DNA of 64,000 nucleotides from Haplodiscus bocki (Eukaryota): NCBI GenBank assembly GCA_965655095.1, contig OZ296654.1, positions 47,182,001 to 47,246,000 of the forward strand, read 5' to 3'. Shown piece by piece: positions 13,214 to 23,406 of this stretch (position 1 is its first letter; each line of letters starts with the position of its first letter). The notes under the pieces were generated by a model. It saw only the letters and a program-made list of their open reading frames with translations, ran no database searches and was not told where the DNA came from. The position numbers and the translations under genes were made by a program.

Positions 13214-13236
13214 AAATCATATTTTACCAGTTTTAA

Positions 13237-14331
13237 ATGAATTTGAATATGATAAGACCAAAAAATGAGACCGAAGATTTGTTACTTTCAATAACTAAAA
13301 ATTATGATACGATAATCGAACAGACTCACACAAAACCGCAAGAGACATTGGAATTTAAAATGACCAAACCAAGAGAAACATTTCATTTCAAACCACCAAT
13401 TCAAACTGAAGGAGATTGGATGATTGGTTTAGTAGACTTAGAAGTATACAATTCTATTTTTAACATAACAGAAGAAAATAATAATTTTCAACTTTACAAA
13501 TTTCCTTATGAAGAAAGTGGTGGTATTTCATACACAAAAGTCAGAGATGAGATTGAAAGAGACTTGGATATTTCAGATATAACAGCTGCCGATTTACAAG
13601 ATGATATAATAGCTCCAATTATTATTGAAGAATACAAAAAACAGGTAACAAAAAGAATGGAAGATGGTGGATTTATGAAAATTTTAGCGGGTTATGTTAT
13701 TTCTGTATTTCAAGATTTCGAAAGTTATCTCAGAACAGAAGTTGATTTGGTTCAAGATGATGTTAAATTGGTTTTAGATGAATACAATTCAAGTTTTATC
13801 ACATATGATTTAGATCCAGGTTTTTACACTTTCAAAGATATATCCGAAGCTCTTTTTAACATTCTTCAATCTGAATATCCAGGACCTAGTAACGTAATTG
13901 ATATTGAATTTGATGATATTACCAGGCAAACTAAAATGGTTGTAAGATCTGGCTTTATAGCTATAAGATTTGATGAAAAATCGTTTTTTAATACTATCCT
14001 TGGTTTTAATCCAGGTTGGGATTATAAACACTATAATAAATACACCAGTCAAAAACTTGTAAACTTAGGTAGCACAAATAAGATATATTTGAAATGTGAT
14101 TGTATTGATGGTTCGGTAGTCAACGGATTGAGACAGCCGATATTATATAGTTTTGTATTAGATAAATTACCCGGATATAAAGTATTTTCAGAACCTGAAA
14201 CAATTCATTATAAAAAGGTAAATAGATCTGTTCTGAATACTATAACATTTTATTTGGAAGATGATACTAACACACTAGTCAATTTTAACAGTGAAACGTT
14301 GACTTTTACTCTACAAATGATTAAAATTTGA
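13237..14331 (+). CDS. minor capsid (penton-like) paralog 2
   Basis: Intact 364 aa; N-terminal F.PPI..EG.W.IGL..LEVYNS and C-terminal IYLKCDCI..S.VNG...PILY...ITFYL.D....VNF pattern typical of Polinton minor capsids. Confidence 0.8.
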   Translation: MNLNMIRPKNETEDLLLSITKNYDTIIEQTHTKPQETLEFKMTKPRETFHFKPPIQTEGDWMIGLVDLEVYNSIFNITEENNNFQLYKFPYEESGGISYTKVRDEIERDLDISDITAADLQDDIIAPIIIEEYKKQVTKRMEDGGFMKILAGYVISVFQDFESYLRTEVDLVQDDVKLVLDEYNSSFITYDLDPGFYTFKDISEALFNILQSEYPGPSNVIDIEFDDITRQTKMVVRSGFIAIRFDEKSFFNTILGFNPGWDYKHYNKYTSQKLVNLGSTNKIYLKCDCIDGSVVNGLRQPILYSFVLDKLPGYKVFSEPETIHYKKVNRSVLNTITFYLEDDTNTLVNFNSETLTFTLQMIKI

Positions 14332-14355
14332 ACAAACATGTTTTTTGTGTTATAA

Positions 14356-14768
14356 ATGAGCTTTCAAAAATTTAAAACTAATAGTTATTGTGTTGGTCAA
14401 AAACATTATTCGGGTACAAAAAATCTTGTTGGTGAGATAACATTTAATAGAAAACCGGTAGAGCGATTAAATTGTTAGTTGGACAATGTTCGATTTGTAA
14501 TAGAAAGAAATCAATGATAGTCAGTGATAATACAATAAACGCAGAAGGATTAGGTGATTTTTTCAAAAACTTGGGAAAGATTTCTGCAAAAGCAGGTAAA
14601 AAATTAGCAAAAAACGTATTAAGTAACCCAGGAAGGGCTTTAGATTTAACAGCAAAAGTAGCTACCGCTGCCGCAACCAAAAGCCCAAAAGCAGCATTAT
14701 CAACATTACCCGAAGTGATCAATTTTTACCATACAGGAAAAGGCCTATATCTAGGTAAATTTGTTTAA
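14356..14768 (+). pseudogene. zinc-ribbon plus amphipathic cationic helix protein (putative membrane-penetration protein), one frameshift
   Basis: YCVGQKH...GQCSICNRKKS followed by EGLGDFFKNLGKISAKAGKKLAKNVL. Confidence 0.65.
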
Positions 14769-14851
14769 ACAGTCTTTAATCCACACATATAGTTCATATA
14801 AAAGTATGTATACACGTATAAGAGTACTTTTTTGTATTTTTTATATAATAA

Positions 14852-15420
14852 ATGGAACAAAAAAGTGAAGAATTGTATCCCTCAGCACCATTATTAGAAA
14901 ATATTGATTTAGAAAATCGTTTAGGAAAGAAAATAAATGATGTAAATAGTTTTAATAACCATATCAACAATATTAAAGAAATGATTACATATTTCAAAGA
15001 TAAAAACAACAAATCTAAAAAGAGATATAAAAATTAAAAAAACCTAAACACAGTATTAGAATCACTAGACAGTATCGTTATCATCGGGGCAACGTCAACT
15101 TCAATAACTCTATCAGTTACAGGTATTGGTTTGATTATTTTACCGATATCAGCTGGTATTGCTTGTAGTCTGGCATTAGGTAACAAAGTATTGCATAAAA
15201 ATAATTATAAGCAAATACAGTAAACAAAAAAAACAATATGAAAGAGATCAACAAACTTTTAAATCTTTTGATTAACTATACAGAAAATCATTACAAGATA
15301 ATATAATCAATAAAACTGAATATGATAGTTTATGTAACGTTTTTACTAAATATGTTGATGAAAATAAAAATGAATCTTTTTATAAATATGAATATAAAAA
15401 TAAAATTAAACTTTTTTAGC
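14852..15420 (+). pseudogene. membrane protein with N-terminal YPSAP motif, coiled coil and hydrophobic hairpin; disrupted
   Basis: ORF 14852-15037 continues after the stop into SIVIIGATSTSITLSVTGIGLIILPISAGIACSLALG. Confidence 0.65.
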
Positions 15421-15455
15421 CATAATAAATTAAAATTTCAACCTAGAACCTAAAA

Positions 15456-15572
15456 ATCTGTTCTGTTCAATGTTATTGTGAACTGTTCTGTTCTGTTATA
15501 AACAGTTATTAACGGTTCTGTTCTGTTCTGTTCTGTTCTGTTCTCTTCTGATTAATACGGATTGTTCTGTTT
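15456..15572 (+). repeat. (TTCTG)n microsatellite upstream of the ATPase
   Basis: Repeated ttctg units are directly visible. Confidence 0.85.
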
Positions 15573-15577
15573 ATTAA

Positions 15578-16332
15578 ATGAATCGAAGTTTTAGTATATG
15601 TAACATAAAGATAGATGAAAATAATTATCTAAAACATAAAACTGTTTGTAAAAGTTGTTACAATAAAAACAGAAGAAAAAACAATATTGACACATTATCC
15701 ACAAGGAAAATTAATACTTCCTACCAACAACTAGATATTGAAAACGTTAACAATAAAGTTTCAAAATATGAAAATCACCGTCATGTCATTATTGGTCCTA
15801 GTAACGTAGGCAAAACATATTATATGCTCAAAGTACTTGAAAAAATAGGTAACGAAAGACCTATCCCAATAATAACCAGATCACCAAACCAATATCCAAA
15901 TTATAAAACAAGTATTGAAATTAAACCAATAAATAAATACAAAGGATCAGTTGTTATTTTCGATGATATGCTGGGGGCTAAAAACAGTTCGAAAATAGAT
16001 GAATTTTTGCGAGAGGAACACATGAAGATTTAGACGTTTATTACATTAGTCAGAGCTATTTTGCTTTACCAAGGCAAAGTATTAGAAACAACAGTGATAG
16101 ATTAATATTGTTTAAACAAACACTCAGAGATGTTCAAAGTATGCATTATGATATCGGTGCTTATGATATGAAATATGATGAATTTAAAGAAATGTGTCAT
16201 AAAGCTTGGGATGAAAAATTCAATTACCTATGTATTGATATGACTAAAAATAAAAATGAAGGTAAATATCGTATTTTCAATGAAAATAAGCCCACATATA
16301 TTAATTGCATTCCCGAAACTGAACCTTTTTAA
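15578..16332 (+). pseudogene. A32/FtsK-like genome packaging ATPase with N-terminal Cys motif, frameshifted
   Basis: Walker A GPSNVGKT, Walker B VVIFDDM; after a shift at ~16008 the frame reads ISQSYFALPRQSIRNNS..LILFK. Confidence 0.9.
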
Positions 16333-16403
16333 ACATACAAGATTGTATTTGTACAAGTATTTGTATATGAATAGGTGTGATTACAAAATTTTTGGTGTTT
16401 TAA

Positions 16404-17257
16404 ATGTTGTTTCCAATTAATAATATAGAAGATTTACAAAAACTAGACGAAGCAGTCTCGTTACAAAATCAAGTAAAAGTTGTTAGATTGCAAGATAAGA
16501 AACAAAACTTTCACGAAGATATGAGGGAAGTTTTCGAACCAGTTACTAAATCAATTGAAAATACTTCTGCAAATTTAACAAAAGCTATAACAGAATCTTC
16601 TGTTAAAAACAACAAAGCAATAGAGACTTTAAACAAAAAACTTCTAGTAAATCATGAATGATAGGTATATTAGCATCCTACTTGATGTCTCCTCTATCTA
16701 AATTAACTAACCCTGAAAATACTAAGCACTTCAGATTAGAAAAAGATCATAATTCAAATAGAGTAAACGATTTGTTAATGAAGAATAAAATACCAATTAC
16801 TTTATATGGTAATATGTTAACATTTCGTGATTCGGGTAAAGTATTTGAATTGAGAGGAGATCTTTTGGAAATGATAACTTATAGTAAATATAACGTAGAT
16901 CTTGCTAGTTTGCAGGGTAAGAAATTAATGTATGATTTTGCAAAGGAAATGAATTTTGATGCAAAAGCTGTTGGTAATAAATCTACTCGAGATAAAACTC
17001 TTATAAATTTACTAAAATCACCAAGTTTAATGGTTTCTGCTTCAGGTGTTTCAAAAACAATAATTCTATCTTCTGATCCTAATGAACTTTGTGATAGGTT
17101 AAGATTATTATTACAAGAAAAACATGCTGTTAATAATTCTGACATAATTAACGATGAAACAGTTGCTATAGTTGACAACTTATTAGAATACGGATGTATC
17201 TCAAAGAAACAACATAAGCAAATTTTAATTAAATGTAATCTATTATCACAAATGTGA
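16404..17257 (+). pseudogene. conserved Polinton-type hypothetical protein, frameshifted
   Basis: C-terminal DPNELCDRLRLLLQEK..NN motif recalled from Maverick ORFs; overlapping ORFs 16404-16661 and 16658-17257. Confidence 0.6.
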
Positions 17258-17279
17258 AACATATGTATAAATACTCAAA

Positions 17280-17625
17280 TATCTTTTCGTGTAATTGTAA
17301 GTATACCTAAGTATAAGCACTCATATAAATATACTATCACATTATTTCTATGATTGAATAACTTCTCAAGTTTTTGTAAGTATACCCTAGTATAATTACA
17401 AGTATTATTGAATATATCTGAATGTTATATTTGTAAGTATACCCTAGTATAAGTACTCATATATTTATTCGTATAATTGTAAGTATACCCAAGTATAAGT
17501 ACTCATATAATTATACATATCACTTAATTGGTGTGATTGTTTAATTACTCGTATTATTGTAAGTATATTGAAGTATAAATACTCGTATAATTGTATATAT
17601 TCATGGCTTATAATTGTAATTATTT
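17280..17625. repeat. intergenic AT-rich repeat cluster (ttgtaagtatacc/aagtataagtactc units)
   Basis: Units at ~17295, 17375, 17431, 17477 and 17556; 17331-17440 is an inverted copy of 9890-10000. Confidence 0.75.
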
Positions 17626-17648
17626 TGTATACATTTTTTTATATATAA

Positions 17649-18899
17649 ATGTTTAAACTAATTGAAAATTATGAAATTGATAGAAAGATTCTAAAATGTG
17701 AGTATATACGATACTCACCGTCTGAAATAAGTACAATAAACACTCCTAATTCGCAGGTGTATATTAATATACCAAGAGAAGATAGCGTTATTTCATTGTT
17801 AAATAGTTATCTTGAATTAAATTTTGATGTAATACAGGCTGCTACCAATAACAGATACACAAATGATAATGATATAAGGTTAGTTAATCTAGGTCCAATA
17901 GCTTTGTTCTCTAATTACAAACTAACAACATCGTCTGGCAAGCATTTAGAGGAAATCAGTCATGCTCATATTGTTAGTTTATTGTACAAACTATTGACAT
18001 CGAGTAAAGATAGTGAAGATTCATCTATTGGTTTTGATCGTAATCGTGGAAGAAGGAAAAACGAATTATCTTATAATAAAAGTATTAAATGTAAATTTCA
18101 TATTAGAATTCATCTCAAAGATGTTTTTGGATTTGCTGGACATCAAGAAAAAGGGACATATGGCTTTGGATACAAATTAACATTGACACGAAATACTGAT
18201 AACGCTGTTTTGAACAAGGCCGCCGCAACCAATAACGGTAAAGTTAAAATTAATAGTCTCGATTGGTATATACCTCATTATAGTCCAAAACTTGAAGAAT
18301 ATAACAAGTTCATGCAACAGATTAAGAAAAATACTCCGACACTACTTCACTACCCAGAAAGATCTGTTTTCATGAAAGAGGTAAATACTCAAAATCTTTG
18401 GACTTTCGAATTGGGTGTTCAAGAAGGTATTAATGTACCTATATGGATATTTGTAGCTTTTCAACAAAATGATAGACAAAACGACCAGGAATTGAACAAT
18501 GATACCTTCTATAGACCTCTAGTAACATCGGCTCAATGCATTATCGAAACAGAGAAGTATCCTGATAGTGGAATTTTATTAAATTATAACGATGATGATT
18601 ATTCACAAGGTTATGGACAAATTAAAGAAGCTTTTAAAGCTCTAACAAAAGATAACATTCTTCAGCCGTATATATCACAACATGATTTTAGATTGTCTAA
18701 TGGTGTTAATGATTTTGGTTATAATATATATGTTTTCGATATACGATATCAGAAAAATTATGAAAGTTCTCAGCCAATAAAAGTAGAATTTAAATTCGAT
18801 GGTGTCGTTCCCGCTGGCATATATGGATACGCTTTAGTTTTAACGAACAAATTAATTTCTATAAGCAGTGATGGTCAACGTATGTTTGATTTATATTAA
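17649..18899 (+). CDS. major capsid protein (double jelly-roll)
   Basis: Intact 416-aa beta-rich ORF; motifs SYLELNF, LFS..KL...GK.LEEI, IHLKDVFGF, YVFDI, plus size and context. Confidence 0.85.
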   Translation: MFKLIENYEIDRKILKCEYIRYSPSEISTINTPNSQVYINIPREDSVISLLNSYLELNFDVIQAATNNRYTNDNDIRLVNLGPIALFSNYKLTTSSGKHLEEISHAHIVSLLYKLLTSSKDSEDSSIGFDRNRGRRKNELSYNKSIKCKFHIRIHLKDVFGFAGHQEKGTYGFGYKLTLTRNTDNAVLNKAAATNNGKVKINSLDWYIPHYSPKLEEYNKFMQQIKKNTPTLLHYPERSVFMKEVNTQNLWTFELGVQEGINVPIWIFVAFQQNDRQNDQELNNDTFYRPLVTSAQCIIETEKYPDSGILLNYNDDDYSQGYGQIKEAFKALTKDNILQPYISQHDFRLSNGVNDFGYNIYVFDIRYQKNYESSQPIKVEFKFDGVVPAGIYGYALVLTNKLISISSDGQRMFDLY

Positions 18900-19050
18900 A
18901 TGATATAATTGTATTCATACAAGTATAATAATATTCGTATAGGAATACTTGTAATTATACTATATTGATTAATTACAATTACGAGTATGTGAAATCATTC
19001 ATACAAGTATAATAATAATTATTTCAATATTTGTATTTGAATAAGTGTAT

Positions 19051-19906
19051 TTATACAATATCAAGTTTTAATTTTTTCATTACATTATCATTTTTTTTCA
19101 TTGTAAACTCAGTCTTCTTCAGTAACGATTCATTATATCTTTCTGGTAAATTATCGAGACGATAACTCGGAACAGTATCATTAATAATTTCTGTAATTTT
19201 ATATAATTTATATGACCAATTAGTTGCATCTCCTTTTGAAAACGTTTTTCTTAACTCAGCCGTTCTAACGAGATCGTTTATTTGAAACTTTGGTTTTTTT
19301 TATTTCTTTATCTAATAAATTTCTGTAAACATAACTTTAATTCTTTTTTAAACTAGCTTGAATCGGCGTCAACTTAGTTGATGAATGTATTCTATTATTA
19401 TAATGTTTGGTTATTTTAGGTAAAACATCAATCCAATTACCATCACCCTTTTCAAAAACTGGACGTTTAAGAAGATCTCTTATGCATTTATTAAAGCGTT
19501 CGGCAAAAACGGCTCCTAGGTGTGTGTTTCTAGAATAATGTTTAATGTTGTTTTTATTTAGGAAGTCTTGAAATATATTATTATAAAATTCTTTACTACG
19601 GTTTGTTTCGATTAAATTTGGTTTTCTTTTTGAACTTATTAAAATATTTTCGAAAGAGTCTTTTATTGTTATAGCATTTTTATTTTTGAGAGGTACTGTC
19701 CAACCAAATTTACTGAAATTGTCTATGGTGACAAGAACGTATCTGTAACCTCTGTTGTTTTTGGAACCGTAGTCTTTACGATCAAGAATATCTAAAAACC
19801 ATATGTCATCAATATGATAAACGTTTGTTTTGTTTGTAACATAGTTTCGTTTTGGTGGTTTGGCGTAGATTTCGTTTATAAATATTTTAATGTTTTTCTG
19901 GGTCAT
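19051..19906 (-). pseudogene. retroviral-like (rve) integrase, disrupted
   Basis: W..DILD, YVLVTIDNFSKF, IETNRSKEF (usual TDxGxEF Asp replaced by Asn), AERFN, YNNRIHSSTKLTP; after the stop at 19337 it continues FSKG...NWS..LY.I. Confidence 0.92.
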
Positions 19907-19934
19907 TTACTTCTGAGTATATCCAATAGTTTTT

Positions 19935-20510
19935 TTAATTCTCTTCTCTCAGGAAATCATTTCTATCCCAACCGCAAACGGAATAATCAAGTCCTTCATC
20001 GTTATAATCATGATCATAAAGGTTATCAGGTACTGAACCTTGTTCGTTACTAATAATATTAATCCAAATTTTTGTTCTATTCTCGAGGGTATCAATTGGA
20101 TCATCTTTACCTGGATCTTGAAAAGTGTAATTTTTGTGATAAAAATCTTGTTTAAATTGAGCTATCATATCATGTCTATAACCATATCCCCATTGCTCTT
20201 CCTCATCTGGGTCATCAAACCACAGACGTATTGGAACATGATTTGTTATATTAGTACACATTCTAAAATATAATTTTAAAAAATCAAACAGTGCTAAATC
20301 ATTATCATTGCTGGTAAAAATCACTTCCCAAAAATATTTCTCAAGTTTCATACCTTCACCTCTAGTCAGTTTTCTTTGTGGAAAAAATGCTGGCCATTAT
20401 CCATTGACTTCTCTATGTAAATGTCTACTAGAATAGAGATGTTTATTCCATTGTTCTTTTGTGTAGAATCTATCACAAATTTGACAAAATATGTCGTTAC
20501 AGATTACCAT
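19935..20510 (-). pseudogene. C2H2-type zinc-finger protein, one internal stop
   Basis: MVICNDIFCQICDRFYTKEQWNKHLYSSRH in frame upstream of ORF 19935-20351. Confidence 0.6.
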
Positions 20511-20528
20511 TTACAAATTCTTATAAAT

Positions 20529-20819
20529 CTATTCAATTTTTTCTTCCAATGCTTTTAATTTATTTTGTAATTCAGCATATGATCTAACTAAGTCTTTAAA
20601 TTCTGTGTTTCTTTTATTTCTGTAATCATTCTGTTTCTCTAATAGTTTATCTCCATTTTTTTCATAATATATTTTTTGTTGGTTTGATATTTTATCTTTA
20701 TTATTCTAGTATCGTTTTACACCTCTTTTGATATTGCAAGCTTTACATTCTGAATATTTTTTGTAAAAGTTGTTGATCTGTTTTTCAATTTTACACACAG
20801 TGCAAGTTTTATTCTCCAC
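20529..20819 (-). pseudogene. small CxxC...CxxC zinc-binding coiled-coil protein, disrupted
   Basis: ENKTCTVCKIEKQINNFYKKYSECKAC followed by a charged coiled coil; internal stop. Confidence 0.55.
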
Positions 20820-20878
20820 TTATTTATTATGTTTTTATTGAATAGATATTTTTAATTCAATAAATTTATTCCTTATAA

Positions 20879-23394
20879 ATGAACAGTGTAACGATCACAA
20901 CTCGATTAGCTGAAAAAAAGAAAACAAAATTAGAAAAAAGAAAGCAAAATGAATCAAATAAGGAAAGAAAACGAAATGTAAAGAAGACAAAAAAGAGAAA
21001 ATATAGCAGAAGAAAATATTGACGTAGGTAGATTTTTCGAATTAGCAACAAGCAGTAAAATATATGTTAACAATTTAAACTTGCATGAAATTAAAGATGA
21101 AATTTTACAAGATTACACAGGCGATTTTGAGTTAAATGGATTAATGATCATTGGACCTGTTGAACATAAAACAAATATCAGATTTAAAAATATGGATGAT
21201 TTTGAAAGATATATAAACGCAATAGATATTGATTACGATTCTGAAGATGTTACTTTTACAGGTTATGTTTATAAAATAAATACACCTCATTTCAGTGTTG
21301 TCAGACGAAGCGCTTACGGTAGAGGTACTAATTATATGCAAGAAATTGTGGAATATCATGGACAAAACTGTTATATACCAACTTCGGGAATGTGTTTTAT
21401 CAAATGTAATAATTATTTTACTAAAAAACATTATACACAAGAATTTTTAACTTTCATCCGATCCGAACAAAGAAGATCTAACGTGATGACGTCAGCTAGA
21501 ATTCAACCATTCTGTAAAAAATATAATATCAACATCGGATGTTTTGATGGAACGAGAATAAATCCTCGAAACCTCACTCAAAAAGACACATCATTTTTCA
21601 TATATAATAACCAATTCTGTTTAATTTGGAAAACAGATGGCATTAGTTTTGATAAAGCAATAAAAGAATTGAAAGACAACTTCAAAGTTGTTGATAATGT
21701 TATATCTGATAAACATGTTAAGAGTTTTATTAAATATGAATACAACCCTAAGAAAGTTAAATCTCCATTAACCAACATAGTAGTGTATGATTTAGAGACT
21801 TTCAATAAAAATAGAGCTGTTCCATATTGTAGTTGTATATATAAACTGAGTAAAATTTCAGGTAAATAACATCGAGATATATCAGAACAAGAATAACAAA
21901 AATGTATGAATGATTGTGTTGTTTTTAAGGGAACTGATTGTATTAGTGAAATGTTAGATCATGTTTTATCATTCAAAGGAGAACCAAAAAAAATCAAAAA
22001 TAAAATTGTTGAATATAATCTATATCTGATAGCTCACAACGGATCTGGTTTTGATAGTTACGTTGTATTAAATAATTTACCCCAATGGCGAAGTGTTGTC
22101 AAACTAGTTAAAAATGGAGCTGGTAGTATTTCACTTAAAATATTCAACGGTTATGTGGATGAAAAAAAAAATTCCTCAATATGTTCATTTTAGATGTGGA
22201 AGAGTTCATATTAATAGGAGTTTGAAAAAAATAGGAGAAAGTTAAAAATTACAAGAAAGTTTACTTAAAAAAGAATTAGAACATGATGAAATTTATGAGG
22301 ATACTTGGAAAGAGAGAGAAGACGAGTGGTTACCTTATGTTAAAAATGACGTATTATCAACTGCTTTCTGTTATGCTAGATACACGATGGGAATGGAAGA
22401 ATTAACAAATTTTGGTATGAAAAACAGTTTAACGTTACCATCGTTAGCTAATAAATATTTTAATAGTTTGAGAGATTAAAACGATGAACCAATTTATACA
22501 TATACAGATCCTTTTATGAGAAACTTTGTACGTAAAGCAATTAAAGGAGGTAGATGTAATGCTTTTAACCAACATTATAAATCTGAAATTTCAGATGAGG
22601 GATTCAATATTTTTTCAAAGGAATTAAACGTTAATGGTGACGAATGTGAGATTTTGGAGAAGTATTTTGAATTTTTAAAAGAACACGAGAAACAATATGC
22701 AAAAGAATTCGATTCAGAATATGACGATTTTAGAGATATTAATGAAGAAGAAAAAACTGATTTTATTAACAAAAAACTTAACACGTTACCAATTCATAAA
22801 GAGTTGTCTAAATTAGATTCAAATAGAACTCAAAAGGGTTATGACGGTAATAGTCTATATCCTTCTGCTATGTGGGATGAAAATAGTGTTTATCCTAAAA
22901 TAGAAACTGGATTTGTTTTTAAACCAAATATGAATGATGTTTATGTAGAAGCATTCAACAATCAAACATTTAACGAAGATAGTGACGAATCTGCTATATT
23001 AACAATAAAATATTACAATCCTCTTGATCTTATATTCCAACATTTACCAGTTAAAGAAAAAGTAAAGAAGATAGAAGTTACCAGAATGAGAAATGGATAT
23101 ATCAATGACACATTAACCTCAATTGACATTCAAGAAATTGTTAAATTAGGTGGAAAAGTTGCTCGAATCTACGAAGGTGTTATTTATCGTGAGAACTTTA
23201 AAATATCACCGTTTAGAAAAGTTATAGAAAAATTATTTGCTTTAAGACAAAAATGTAAAGACGAAAAGACTGATTTAATGCAAGGGTTAGTTAAATTAAT
23301 TATGAACAGCTTATACGGAGTTCAAATACGCAGAGATATTAACGAATCATATTATTGTAAGTCAGAAAATTGGATGAAAACTGAATTTAAGTAA
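20879..23394 (+). pseudogene. polB: protein-primed family B DNA polymerase, multiply disrupted and 3'-truncated
   Basis: ExoI VYDLETF, ExoII AHNGSGFD, ExoIII YVKND, motif A YDGNSLYPSAM, motif B KLIMNSLYG; motif C (DTDS) absent. Confidence 0.93.
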
Positions 23395-23406
23395 GATGAA
23401 TGGTAC

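Larger units (their letters stand above)
8140..23394 (+). mobile_element. endogenous Polinton/Maverick (adintovirus-like) element, right end truncated
   Basis: Compact, intronless, very AT-rich gene block with pPolB, rve integrase, A32-like ATPase, adenain protease and major/minor capsid genes. The left end is inferred from a GC-richer non-coding stretch at ~8140-8400; no right TIR is found. Confidence 0.95.

Noticed and set aside
12830-16010. Programmed frameshifting at poly-T/A runs in penton 1 and the ATPase
   Set aside because: The element has many unrelated stops and indels; decay or homopolymer sequencing error is the simpler explanation.
14330-17645. Poxvirus early terminator TTTTTNT after several genes
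   Set aside because: Expected frequently by chance at this AT content.
13810-22784. Antisense ORFs within the Polinton (13810, 14444, 16879, 21141, 21578, 22575)
   Set aside because: Shadows of genuine genes on the opposite strand.
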